Assembly (NCBI RefSeq): GCF_006345805.1
Contig: NW_021824871.1
Coordinates: 1 to 18,611, forward strand
Length of the DNA: 18,611 nucleotides
Source of the DNA: Octopus sinensis
Taxonomy: Eukaryota
Reading direction: 5' to 3'
In this document: one piece after another, positions 1-11,467 of the stretch
Layout: the number at the start of each line of letters is the position of its first letter
Position numbering within the stretch: the stretch's first letter is position 1
The notes under the pieces: model-generated
What the model saw: only the letters and a program-made list of their open reading frames with translations
Told to the model about the DNA's origin: nothing
Database searches by the model: none
Position numbers and translations under genes: made by a program

Positions 1-58
1 GAAAACTAAACCATCTTCTGTCATGTTCAGAAAACAAAACCATCTTCTGTCATGTTGA
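1..58. repeat. 29-bp tandem duplication (2 copies visible; may continue left of the window)
   Basis: gaaaactaaaccatcttctgtcatgttca (1-29) vs gaaaacaaaaccatcttctgtcatgttga (30-58), 2 mismatches. Confidence 0.9.
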
Positions 59-235
59 GATTATATTCCTTTATCATTAAGTCGAAAGCAATCCCCACCT
101 TGTAAGTTTCTTTATTTTCTCTGGAAGGGAATATGGTTTCAATAAAGCAAGAATAAATCTTTTTTGGTGCCTAGTATAACTTTCTTCGACATTATTCAGG
201 GTCTTTCTTTCTTCTTTACCTAATCCCTGTTTCTT

Positions 236-369
236 ATATATGCATATATGTTTGTATTCGTATACGTACTGACATATATATATATGTGTATACATACATG
301 TCACACCCAACCATATATATATACGCATATAATTATATATATAATGTATATATATATATTATGTATATA

Positions 370-434
<65 letters not shown>

Positions 435-470
435 ATATATATAATATATATATATCTGTATCTATCTATA

Positions 471-515
<45 letters not shown>

Positions 516-640
516 ATATATTACATATAATATATACACACACACATTATAATATATATTATATATATATATATATATATGTATATGTATGTATGTATGT
601 ATATTTCCCCCTCTCTCTATCATACACACACATACATATA
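236..640. repeat. Compound (TA)n/(CA)n/(TATG)n microsatellite
   Basis: Direct reading of long alternating TA runs with CA and TATG segments. Confidence 0.95.
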
Positions 641-644
641 TATT

Positions 645-1050
645 ACAGAGAAGGATGAGAAGTAAAAAAACAAGAAAAATAGTAAAAGAAATAGGTAAAA
701 AGAAAAGGAAGAGATAAAAAGGAAGTAAAATGTACGCACAAACAACAAAAATAGGTATTTCAAAAAGCGAGCGGTAGAGAAAGGGATGGAGAATGTATGT
801 GAGCGTGTGTGAGAGAGAGAAAGAGAAAGAGGGAAGGAAGGAGAGAGAGGGAGTGAGGATGGGTGAGAGAGAAAGAGAGGCAGACAGTCAGACAGAAAGA
901 GAGAGCACTGGCTTAAGCGTAAGGAGATATTTTATATTTTTACATGAGATAGATATAAAGATAGGAAAAGTAGTAAAGACTTATAGAGTGAGTCAATGAA
1001 GGAGGACATGTGGCGTGGGGTGGTGGATAGAATGGGGAGTGAGGGAGACG
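645..1050. repeat. Purine-rich (A/G) low-complexity tract with degenerate (GA)n
   Basis: Almost entirely A/G on +; explains the E/R/K-rich ORF 793..999. Confidence 0.85.
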
Positions 1051-1299
1051 GGTCATTTTAAACAGTAAATAGGTAACCCACCTGCGTTTTGTCTGGATGT
1101 GACAATAGCGAAGCGATCTTTGAGGAAAAATGGGGTCAGTTCAAGTTAAGATTCGCCTGGAGGCTTAGGGCATTATAGATTTGTTGTTCAGCAACTCAGT
1201 GAACAGATTGAGAGGGAAGGAGAGAGAGAGGGGGGAAGAGAGGGAGAGAAGAAAACGGAAGAATCAAGAGAGAAGGCCATTCGCACCGAAAGCATATAC

Positions 1300-1393
1300 A
1301 CACACAGACACACACACACACAGTCACTCACAGACACCCCATATTCAAACGTATATATACACGTATATATAAGTATATGTGATCTCTCTTCCC

Positions 1394-1477
<84 letters not shown>

Positions 1478-1642
1478 CCATAGAGATAGAGAGACAGACA
1501 GACAGACTTTTGCAAGTAAATAGCAAATATAGAAGAGCCGTTTACTTAGAAGCTGAATTACAGAGAATGGAGAAGATACAGCTATAATGTGTCAAATAGC
1601 ATAGAGAAATCGAAAAATTGATTAAATTGATTAAAATATATA

Positions 1643-1672
<30 letters not shown>
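1300..1672. repeat. (CA)n, (CT)n-(TA)n, (GACA)n and (GA)n microsatellites
   Basis: Direct reading. Confidence 0.9.
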
Positions 1673-1673
<1 letters not shown>

Positions 1674-2104
1674 TTGAAAGAAAAGCATAACAGAAAAAAC
1701 TTGTTGAAGATGGCAGTACATAGAAATGGAGAGAATAACAAGAAGGTACATCTGGGTAGCGTTCATTTATATTGTTGTGAAATTGCCATAATGTAATTAC
1801 GAGTATCCGAAAAGCCCAGAAGAGGGGAGATCCATGCCGGTAAAAGTCAATTCAGTGAAGATAATATAAAATAATGAATCATAGAAGTATGCCAATTGTG
1901 CGTGAAGTGAGGAAATAAAATGCATGAATTCCGGTAGAGCCTTTTCAGTATTAGCTGCGTTGCTGTGGTTATAAAAAAGTAATTATTTAAACCAATTGGA
2001 AATCTGAAGCACGTATATACAAACATATGTACACAAATACAAATATAAATAATAATTACAATAATAATGATTTCGAATTTTAGCACTAAACCGACAGTTC
2101 TCGG

Positions 2105-2540
2105 GTGGGGATAAGTCAATTACATCGACCCCAGTGTCCATCTGGTACTTTATTTATCGACCCTAAAGGATGAAAGGCAAAGTCGACCTTGGCGGAGTTT
2201 TAACTCAGAACGTGACGGCAGACGAAATACCTATTTCTTTACTACCCACAAGGGGCTAAACACAGAAGGGACAAACAAGGACAGACAAACGCATTATTCG
2301 ATTATATCGCTCCCAGTGTGTAACTTGTTCTTAATTTATCGACCCCGAAAGGATGAAAGGCAAAGTCGACCTCGGCGGAATTTGAACTCAGAACGAAACG
2401 GCAGACGAAATACCGCTAAGCATTTCGCCGCCCGGCTTGCTAACGTTTCTGCCAGCTCACCACCTTAAACGTAACGGCAGACGAAAATACCGCTAAGCAT
2501 TTCGCCCGGCGTGCTAACGATTCTGCCAGCTCGCCGCCTT
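2105..2540 (-). mobile_element. tRNA-derived SINE (outer copy), interrupted by a nested SINE
   Basis: Minus strand starts aaggcggcgagctggcagaatcgttagcacgccgggcgaaatgcttagcggtattt (tRNA-like head, A-box-like) and continues after the insert with a B-box-like gagttaaaactcc and the core gtcgactttgcctttcatcctttagggtcgataaataaagtacc. The family is recognised from memory as an abundant octopus SINE with a conserved Meta/Nin-like central domain. Confidence 0.85.
2232..2468 (-). mobile_element. tRNA-derived SINE (inner copy) of the same superfamily with a different 3' region
   Basis: B-box gagttcaaattcc (rc of 2377-2389) and core gtcgactttgcctttcatcctttcggggtcgataaattaag. Flanked by direct repeats at 2209-2231 and 2468-2491. 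Confidence 0.85.
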
Positions 2541-2775
2541 AATAATTGTAATAATAATCCATCCTTTCTGTCATAGGTACAAGCCTGAAAGATTGGGAGA
2601 AGAGGGCTAGTTGATTACATCGACACCAGTACTTGACTGCTACATATTTTATCAACTCCAAAAAAATGAAATCAAAGCCGACCACGGCTGACTTTGAACT
2701 CAGAGCATAAAGATGGACGAAATACCATTAAGCAGTTTGCCACGCGTGGTAACAATTCTCCCAATAAGCTACCTT
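2541..2775 (-). mobile_element. Older diverged copy of the same tRNA-SINE with a (TTA)n tail
   Basis: Alignable by eye to 2105-2540 (ttgattacatcgacaccagtac; tttgaactcagagc; gacgaaatacc); (aat)n tail at 2541-2558. Confidence 0.75.
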
Positions 2776-2982
2776 AATAGTTCTAGTAATAGTTTCTATG
2801 TAATAATTTATAAACAAGAAGCAAAGTAATATTGTAATCAATTAGCTTGAACCGCATTGTGACAATAAAATTAACGGCAGGCAATTAAAACTGGAGTTGA
2901 CTGAAGATTTATTCTTGTGCTGTTTTCGAGAAAAGCATAAATTCTGTCTAAAACAGTGTCTTTTGTAAATGTCTGTTTATAT

Positions 2983-3218
2983 ACTCTCTCTTTTACTCTT
3001 TTACTGGTGTCAGTCATTTGACTGCGGCCATGCTGGAGCACCGCCTTTAGTCGAGCAAATCGTCCCCCCAGGACTTATTCTTTGTAAGCCTAGTACTTAT
3101 TCTATCGGTCTCTTTTTGCCGAACCGCTAAGTTACAGGGACGTAAACACACCAGCATCGGTTGTCAAGCGATGTTGAGAGTGGACAAACACAGACACAAA
3201 CACACACACACACACACA

Positions 3219-3267
<49 letters not shown>

Positions 3268-3308
3268 CGACGGGCTTCTTTCAGTTTCCGTCTACCAAAT
3301 CTACTCAC
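2983..3308 (-). mobile_element. 5'-truncated SINE, 3' half, with internal (TA)n(TG)n and an (AAAAGAGT)-type tail
   Basis: Minus strand: gtgagtagatttggtagacggaaactgaaagaagcccgtcg-(TA/TG)n-...-taaaggcggtgctccagcatggccgcagtcaaatgactgacaccagtaaaagagtaaaagagagag. Recognised from memory as a common octopus SINE body with an RTE-like tail. Confidence 0.8.
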
Positions 3309-3729
3309 ACGATTCTAAAACGATGTATGTTTTTCTAATATATTTTTCAAATGACTATCTTCTGATTTGTTTCATAACAAACAACCATTTAAAAAAGACA
3401 ATGCTTTTACAAAAAAAAATTGCTATTTTTGAAAGAGTTGTAAGATACAAATTTAAGTCGAATAAGGGCATACTTAAAAGAGACGTAGAATGCGTTGTGG
3501 TATTTATTGCACCCTAATGACAAAGACTGCGTCGACTCAGGTGTTAACAGTATCATTTCCCTTGGAAAGTTTGAATGGTGTGAAGAATAAAAACTTGTAT
3601 ATATACGGGTAAATCCTAGTCTTCTGGAGAAACATTTGAGTACCAAGCGTCCATGTACACTATATGTGTGTCTGTGTATGCATGCATATATATATATATA
3701 TGTATGTGTATGTATATATATATATAAAC

Positions 3730-3864
3730 AACTGCAGCGTGGAAGGTGTTTATAAGCCATTTAAGAAACACACAAAAACCGTTAGATTCACTTCAACATT
3801 GAAATTTAATTTGTCAAAATATTTTCTTGCAGCACGAAGTTTTGTCAGTGAACAGTTCGCGGTC
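3730..3864. mobile_element. Short interspersed repeat fragment, probably a Penelope-like element terminus with an internal inversion
   Basis: Island of complex sequence between microsatellites. Contains a hammerhead 3'-half-like motif on - (GAAA-AUAU-UU-UGACAAA, 3826-3810) and a 5'-half-like motif on + (tttgtca-gtgaaca-g-ttcgc, 3841-3860). Confidence 0.35.
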
Positions 3865-3955
3865 TATATAGACACACACACACGCATATACATATATATA
3901 TATGTGTGTGTGTATATGTATGCACACACATATGTACATACATATATATGCACAT

Positions 3956-4062
<107 letters not shown>

Positions 4063-4198
4063 TCAGTTGATTCACCAGAAGCGATAGATTACAGAACTCA
4101 ACAGATGCAGAGTATTCTTTCATATATTACAACTAAAATGTGTAGTACTCGGTCAATGGATATTTCGAAAGAGATTGAGCTCTAGTACCAGCTAACAA

Positions 4199-6435
4199 CA
4201 CAAGTAAGCTTTTTTTAAATGAAATAAATGTTTATTGTCTACTTATAGGTGATTCTGAACCAATTTTTAATGCTGATTTCATATATGTTATTAGCTTTTG
4301 CTTCTTACGTGCAGAATTTACACAGATGGCTGCCAAATATATGATGATTTTTCATGTCTTTCGTTTCCGTTTGAACAGACTTTTCGATAAAAGTATGATG
4401 AAATTAAGAACAAATGACTAGAATAATAATAAAAACATATATGAATAATGTATGTAGTCCTATAAATTGATTAAGTATATGTTTTCAATGCACTTATCAT
4501 GGATTTAAAGTAATTTTACTCCTTTTCAAACTTCCTTTTCTTAGATTTCCTTCCAGCTTTTGGTAATGACTTGCAGCCTCTCTTTAGAGTTCAGCAGTAA
4601 TCCGCCATCATCTTTACATTCCATCTTCCCTGTTTCTTCCGCGCCATTTCTGTAATGCCCTGGTGAAATCTCTCACCGTGCTTTTCACTTAGATTGCCAT
4701 GGTAATCTGGGGAATAGTCGAGGTGTGAGTAAAGAAAGTGCATTTTAACGCTCATGTTGCACCCAGGCTTTTTGAAGTTTTGTAATACGATATAAACTAT
4801 GCCTTATTGTTTGCTAAAAATTTCTCGACAACACACTTAAAGCTTGCCCATGCCTGTCTTAGAGATCCATTCATGGATTTCTCATAATCTGGGCCAATAA
4901 ATATTACTACTTAATTTTCTCGCTGGTTACATTTGAGAATTTTTTTGAGAGACACTGCAAACATGGCCCATATGCAGGCCAAGATTTAACGAACTGTTTC
5001 ATAAAACACAGTTTGATGCACAAATGTAGTAGCAGTACTTTTGTAGTTTCAATCAAAGGCTGGTGCAGAATGTTTCTGGTTCCAGGTAACAAACTTCTTC
5101 TTTGTGGCCAGTTTTTAACCATCCAGTGTTTTTCTTTAGCTCTGCTGTCCTATTCACATGAGAAACATAACATTGTTGTGTAGCCTGCCTGCTGGCCTAA
5201 AAAGCATGCCTATAATTTTGAGATCTTCACATACTTTATATTTATCAAAAGTTTTTTTACATTTTCATACGTGTCCTTTAGTTATACAGAATGTGCCGCT
5301 AGAATGGATGAACGCTTATTTCCGTTGGGTAGCAAGGCGGCCTTAAAACTTCTTTTGGAGAAATCAATTAATAGCTTCCGTGCTGAGGGATAGCTCTCCA
5401 TCTCAAAATAGTGTAGCAGGTTTGGAATATTATAGCAAAACATTCATCCTCAGCAAAGAATGGTAACAACACGCGTTCCCTGTGATGATACCAAGAGAAG
5501 GTTCACAGTAACAATTTTTGTTCATTTTGAGCCTAGAACCAAGAAGTTCCGCTGTATCCTTTGCTTGGTCCAAATCATTCACCAAATCATTGAGCCCTTC
5601 TTGCGTAAATAACTGCAGGTTTTCGATTTTGTCGGGAGTATAGTCATCACCCTTGTCTTCACATTTGTCTTCTTCATTATGATCTGATGTAGCATTCTTC
5701 AAAACAAGTGTATGTGGGGGTGGGAATGTCACCTCCATGTGCAATAGGCCGTATAGTCGAAGAAATATTACGATACGCTACCATGTTTATTTTTTGCACT
5801 TTATCATTCAACTTTACCAATACAGAAATAACAATCTTCAACGTGGTGACTCGGCTCTCGCCACATCATTGGTATTCCCAAGGGCATTTCGCAGAAATGC
5901 GATATACTTTGTGTGGGGCCCAAGATTTATCTTCATCACTGAGTTTAACATCAAAATAAGGGAAATATAGATTTTTTACAAGATCAGTTATATTTTGTCT
6001 GATTAATGACAGCATACCTGGCACAAATGTAGCGGAGTATGTCTGGATTGTTCACACACTTACGTTTATATGAACTGTTTTTAAATGGAGCTTATATGTA
6101 AATATCACCAACGACTGACCTCTGGAACTACTAAAACAACACTAAAGCATCAGTTAGCAATTGTGTACACAGCTTTTCAAGGTCACGTCGTCTTTCAGAA
6201 TTGTCAACGACTGTTTTATAACTTTTGTGCTGGGTGTTATTTTACCTTTAGTAATATTAGGCCAGCATTGGTTTATAGTAATCTATTTTGTTGGGCAAAA
6301 TAAATCAGATAATCACGTTTATTACGGAAAACAAGACGTGATGGAGAAAACTAATAACAGATCTGAATCAACATTTAAAAATGCTTTAAAAAAGTTACGT
6401 AGACATTTAAACATAGAAAATCATGCAGACTTGTG
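4199..6435 (-). mobile_element. Chapaev3-type (CMC superfamily) DNA transposon, both ends present, decayed
   Basis: Termini CACAAGT at 4199 and ACTTGTG ending at 6435. Imperfect ~110-130-bp TIRs: rc of left ctaataacatatatgaaatcagcattaaaaat vs right ctaataacagatctgaatcaacatttaaaaat; gtagacaataaaacat vs gtagacatttaaacat. Flanks caa / taa fit a mutated 3-bp TWA TSD. Internal transposase remnant. Confidence 0.85.
4516..6064 (-). pseudogene. Chapaev3-like DDE transposase pseudogene (many stops, frameshifts and small deletions)
   Basis: Manual translation across frames: RKCVNNPD; YFDVKLSDEDKSWAPHKV; MPLGIPMMWREPSHHVEDCYFC; LFTQEGLNDLVNDLDQAKDTAELLGSRLK; KLLIDFSKRSFKAALLPNGNK (D at 5363-5365); VCEDLKIIGML (D at 5223-5225); GYTTMLCFSCE*DSRA; NMSVKMHFLYSHLDY; SEKHGERFHQGI; QGRWNVKMMADYC*TLKR. 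These match the motif order I know for Chapaev3 transposases. Confidence 0.9.
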
Positions 6436-6483
6436 TAATCGGGAACGAGTAACTCTGATAAAAATAATTCAGAGCCTATCAAT

Positions 6484-6488
6484 TATAA

Positions 6489-6569
<81 letters not shown>

Positions 6570-6700
6570 TATATATAAATATATATATTTAATCAAATAA
6601 AAATAAAAAATTACAAAAATAAAAATAAAAATAAAAATAAAGACTTACAAAAAAAATAAAGATGAAAATAAAAAGTACGAATAAAATAAAAATTTACAAA
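6484..6700. repeat. (TA)n microsatellite followed by an (AAAAT)n A-rich tract
   Basis: Direct reading. Confidence 0.9.
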
Positions 6701-7439
6701 AACTATGTTCTTACGTAATTTATGTCTATAAATATAATAATGATATATAGGGTTAATAATAAAAATATATACTTGTGATGATATAAAATGATATAAAATG
6801 AAAGGAATAGCAAAAGAAATAATATTCGAATCAAAATGGAAGCAATAACGAATAAATATTTTCAATAAAACTATTGTACGAATGAGGAAATGCAAAATTT
6901 ACAAATGATACGAATGATACCAATTAGAAATTTACAAAGTAAAAACAACTTAAGGGTAACGTAAAGGAGTATATACAAATCACGGTAGAGTCCGGCGAAC
7001 CTATTTTATACATGCCTATTTTACACATACTTATTTGTTTAAAAAATTAAAATATAGTTTGTAGTATCAAACTATTAGAAAGTGAGATAGGGGCCTGGTG
7101 ATTGGGGCTATATTTTATGAATGGTTCCAGCAAAACACGGCGTGGTTAAGGAACTGGGAAATAAACCTCATGAAACACGGGTAACCAAGTTATAAAGTAG
7201 TAAATATTTAAATTAAATTTCTTTTATATGGTGGGATGAAGGGGCCTACTATCTCTAAATGAAAATATATTTCTTCTCATTGAGAATAATATGAACCCCT
7301 GTTATACCAGAAATTTTATTCCCCAACAAATAAAATTAAATATATATATAACAATACTGGGAGGAAAGAAACGGAACGAAGCGAAAATTCGAACGAACCC
7401 GACGCGAAGCGCTGTCAGGCAATAGTGTATGCGAGTGTG

Positions 7440-7443
<4 letters not shown>

Positions 7444-7473
<30 letters not shown>

Positions 7474-7507
7474 TGTATGTATGTATGTATGTATGTATGT
7501 ATGTATG
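7444..7507. repeat. (TATG)16 microsatellite
   Basis: Direct reading. Confidence 0.97.
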
Positions 7508-8174
7508 CGGAGATAGAGGAGGTTATAGAGTGAGAGAAACAGGCAGATAAGCAGGCAGGTAGACAGGGAGATGGAAGGAGGAGAGAGAGAGAGAGAAATA
7601 GAAGGAGAGATAATAGGAGTGAGAGACAGAGGAGCGGTAACCAATTGTTGCAACGTAAAGGTAGTGGTGAAGCAAATTTAGTGACTATGTAATCTAAAAT
7701 AATGAAATGCATGATCCTTCAGATCTGGTCGAATGAATGAGCCAGAATGTGTATTAAATAATTTTCGCCTTTTTTCTGCCTAAAAACTCGTGTTACTCCA
7801 AAAATTGTGCGTACAGACTGTATTAGTGCTCAATCTATTGAGTACATTTTCTAAATATATTTGCGTCTGCTTGTGTTTGTGTGTAATTATACACATACAG
7901 ATACGCGAACACACATATACAAACACATATAGATGTCAATGGACGAGAATACTGAATAGTGGATGCTGAATTTGCATGTTTCTTTGAGTATATGTGTATA
8001 GATAACATATATACATGTCTAAAATCAAGAAATTAACTTTTTGGGTCATGTCCACATATGGCAAAACATTTGTTACGTTTCTGGTCGCCCAAGATCACAG
8101 ATAGAACATGCTTTTTATATTTATATATTATGTCTACATTCAAGCCTTTCATATGTCTTAACCTTTCTTATATA

Positions 8175-8494
8175 TTTTGTTATATATATATATATTATAT
8201 ATCTATATATATATTTATTTATTTATCTATTTATTTATTTATATATATATATGTATGTATATACAGTAGTATATCTGCAGGTGTAGGTGTGTTTGACAGA
8301 CAGGAGAGTGCATTGTATATATATATATAATATATATTAAATATATATATATATACACCTATACATACATAATCATATGTATTTTCAAGTTTTGCGTTGA
8401 ATGTATCTACAGTTTGTGTTTTTGCGTATGTCTTTTTATTTGTATAAACATCTATATATCTACGCGAGGATTATGTGAGTGTATATATTTCTAC

Positions 8495-8526
<32 letters not shown>

Positions 8527-8724
8527 TATATTATATATATATATATATATAAATATATATATATAATATATATATATGCATATGCGGGGTCTTGTGTATC
8601 CACGTATGTAAGTGCATGTGGGTATAGAAATGTGTACAAGAACACAATGATGTGTGCATGAGCACACATACGTGTGTATGTGCGTGTATGCATGTATGCA
8701 TGTATTTATGTATGTTTACATGTG

Positions 8725-8773
<49 letters not shown>

Positions 8774-8885
8774 GTGGGTGTGAGATGTGTGTGTGTATAT
8801 ATATATATTATTATATATATATATATACACACACACATGTGTTTGTACATATGTGTATGTATATGCGTGTACATGTGTGCATATG
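8175..8885. repeat. Compound (TA)n/(TATT)n/(TG)n microsatellite field
   Basis: Direct reading; source of several Y/I-rich ORFs. Confidence 0.9.
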
Positions 8886-9779
8886 CATATTCCATGAACG
8901 GAGTTTTGCTTTCCCCACACCTATTGGAGTAACTTCCCTTTATTCAACGTTTTATTTTTCAAAGCGTTTTTGCCTTAATAACTGATGAAATACCGGAGCA
9001 GGCTTCAACCCCGACATCCGTAACTCTGAGTTTTATTATGACAACTAAGTGATTGTCCTATATTATATTTATAGATAAATTCCTCTATTTATATAATATC
9101 GAGGTCTCATTCATTCTTTTTTTTGTCGTAATATGTGTGTGTGTGTGTAATATATATATATATATATGTAATTTCTTGCTAAATTTCTATCAACCACTGG
9201 AAGGTTTTCAAAGTTTTCCTTGACCATTATTTTATAAATATAGTTCCGATGTAGTTTTCTAGAAATAGATAATACAAAGTTACAAGCATTTAAAATTTTG
9301 TAATTTTACTTAAGCAAAGAGTCTGTTGCCGTTCATAAAGGAAGTTGTGCATATTTGTTTCCGGGCACACCATACGTAAAGCCTTTACGTTACCCCATCA
9401 CAACACCATTTATTTCCTGGCTTGAGGCCGAACTATGAGACTTCCACTGTTTGAGTATTATTTATGACACCTAAATAAATTCAATCTCCATGGTTGAGAT
9501 CTTTTATCAAACTAACGATCCTTAAAACTTTGGGCCCCGTGGGCTGATATTAAATGTATTTTCTTTTATCTCGTAGTAAAATTACTTTGCAAGGTTTGGA
9601 GAAGAATGCAATACCATCAAGAAATAAAACCATCTATACTATCATCCTCATGATCGTCATTATCATCATGGCTGTTGTTGTCGACGTCGCCATCATCTTT
9701 CTCTATTACCATCTTTTTTATCTTAAACTTTGCTTCCACTTAACCAACCTGCTAAATGCTACACTCTGTTAACTACAAT

Positions 9780-10870
9780 CATTGGGCTTTGCTAGAATGC
9801 GCTCGACTCTACTGTTTTAAAAATGGTGCAGATATCGAAAGATAATACAAGAACATTCTAACTAGAAATCATTTACTTCTTAACCGATTCACACCATGGC
9901 GTGTAAATGGCATCACTAATGCATCTAGAACAGCTCTCCTCCAAATATCACCTTCTACGCCATGCACCTACCTACAATAGATATCCAGCAAGCAATTGGA
10001 CTCGGACTACCAAGGAATTTTTTTAAAAAGCAATGATTTCAAAGACAAAAAAAAAGTAAAGTAGGAAAAACGCTGGGGACGAGTTTCAGCAAGGAACAGC
10101 CTCAAGGTTTTCAGAATTCAACAACGTAACCACTAAATCGGACACTGTAATGACACGTATCGAATCTAATAGTTATAGATGTTTTCAAAAGTTGTAACGA
10201 ACATAGAATAAAAATCAAAGACAAATCAGAAACGGACAAACTTCAAAGCAAATGTAGCCTCAAACACATCAAAAGCACACGCAATAGAAATAAAGCTAGG
10301 TATGAAACAACAAAGCAATAAATAACAAAGATAAAGCAGTAATTTTATCCGACATAAATTTTTAATCTAACAGTAAAGTTTTTAGCAGCATCAAAATGAG
10401 TAAGAACAACGCTATACTGCACCCGTGTCAAAATAGGAACTTCATATATCATATCCACATTGTCACACAAAACAAACATCATTCTTAGTTATTTATCAAA
10501 AATTACTGTCTAATACACAGAAGAATGGAACTTAGGGTCAAAATAAGTCACCGAACTCACCGATACCTATAATTACTCGTGCAAATAATGTCAAATTCCC
10601 ATAATCTGAAAGCTGGGAAAAAATTTAATAATCTTAAATTCCAGTAAAACCTTAAGTGAAGTAACATCTTACAGGCCCACCAGCCTTCTATGCTCACCAG
10701 CTTTCTAAGCTACATGCAAAGTAATTTCCAAACACTCCGGAGCATTAAACACTCACTTTTCCCCTCAACTTTACACCACTTTCAAGAAAACATACAAATA
10801 GAAATATCTGTAATAGCAATACTATATTCCACTGTGCTGCGATTCATACTACCAAAACCAAGTCCAGATC
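9780..10870 (+). mobile_element. Decayed non-LTR retrotransposon (Jockey/I-group LINE) ORF2 fragment: APE endonuclease C-terminus to RT N-terminus
   Basis: One frame at 10529-10707 reads NLGSK*VTELTDTYNYSCK*CQIPII*KLGKNLIILNSSKTLSEVTSYRPTSLLCSPAF, matching the pre-RT block (IP..WK.G.II.I.KP.K...SYRPISLL). Upstream KNGADIE..LLLNRFTPWRV, SSPPNITF and QLDSDY resemble APE motifs (LN..TPT, SSPDIT, LGSDH); this part is less certain. Confidence 0.75.
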
Positions 10871-11384
10871 AATCCCGCCTCGCTTGTTTCTTGTGCCTAC
10901 CGCCAGAATCTACGTGCGTGTACAAATAAATTAGACAGTGGAGAGAATGAAATATATCCAGACTACATCCTATACTTTATGTTACACGGCACTTCTAAAG
11001 CTCATCAATTCAAGTTGGTGCGTATAGTATGGACTTCAGCTAGACATTGGCTTGCTATAACTAACTGGAAGATGACTTTTCTGTTATCTTTGACTGTTTG
11101 GTCGACCACAATTATGTTAGAAAACTGCTCGATTAGGACTAATTTGAGGCTAAAAAACAACGCAACGATTGCATCACTCGTCATCTCTTCATTTACCAAC
11201 AAAAACATCTCTGCTGCCACTATCGTTGGCATTAGCATCATTTCGATTTCTTCTGCCATTTCACCTTCACTTTCTTCATTTCTAAGACATCAGCTCCTAC
11301 CTTACCATCAACCTCACTAAAATATTATCATCAGTACAAGACCACAGCAACTTCCCTACCCCATCACCATCACTTTCAGCTTCA

Positions 11385-11467
11385 TCTCTCTCTCTCTCTC
11401 TTTCTCTCTTTCTCTTTCTCTCTCTCTCTCTTTCTCTCCCCCCTCTCTCTCTCTCTTTCTCTCTCAG
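11385..11467. repeat. (CT)n polypyrimidine microsatellite
   Basis: Direct reading. Confidence 0.95.

Noticed and set aside
1-58. 29-bp direct repeats considered as a CRISPR array
   Set aside because: No spacers, only two copies, and a eukaryotic context.
77-328. 83-aa minus ORF with a K/E-rich C-terminal part
   Set aside because: It starts in a microsatellite, and the non-repeat part matches no motif I recognise and lacks convincing splice sites.
6780-6802. gatataaaatga doublet also present at ~15266-15291
   Set aside because: AT-rich low-complexity motif; not enough to claim shared origin without alignment.
8982-8988. Other CUGANGA matches (2901, 8982, 13955, 17455 on +; 5448, 11327, 14783, 17590 approx on -)
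   Set aside because: None is followed by a paired stem II plus GAAA plus an NUH and stem I; some lie inside transposase sequence.
8994-9058. Possible degenerate tRNA-like SINE head on the minus strand; a similar B-box-like ggatcgatcccc near 18560-18571
   Set aside because: Only partial B-box resemblance with no cloverleaf or recognisable body; too weak to call a tRNA or SINE.
9374-9390. Short palindrome acgtaaag-c-ctttacgt; also atgtgtgc-atga-gcacacat near 8650
   Set aside because: 8-bp stems are expected by chance in 18 kb, especially near TG/CA repeats.
11005-11259. 84-aa minus ORF and the overlapping 113-aa plus ORF
   Set aside because: Half is decayed (CAT/CAC)n-like low complexity that stays open on both strands; no recognisable domain.
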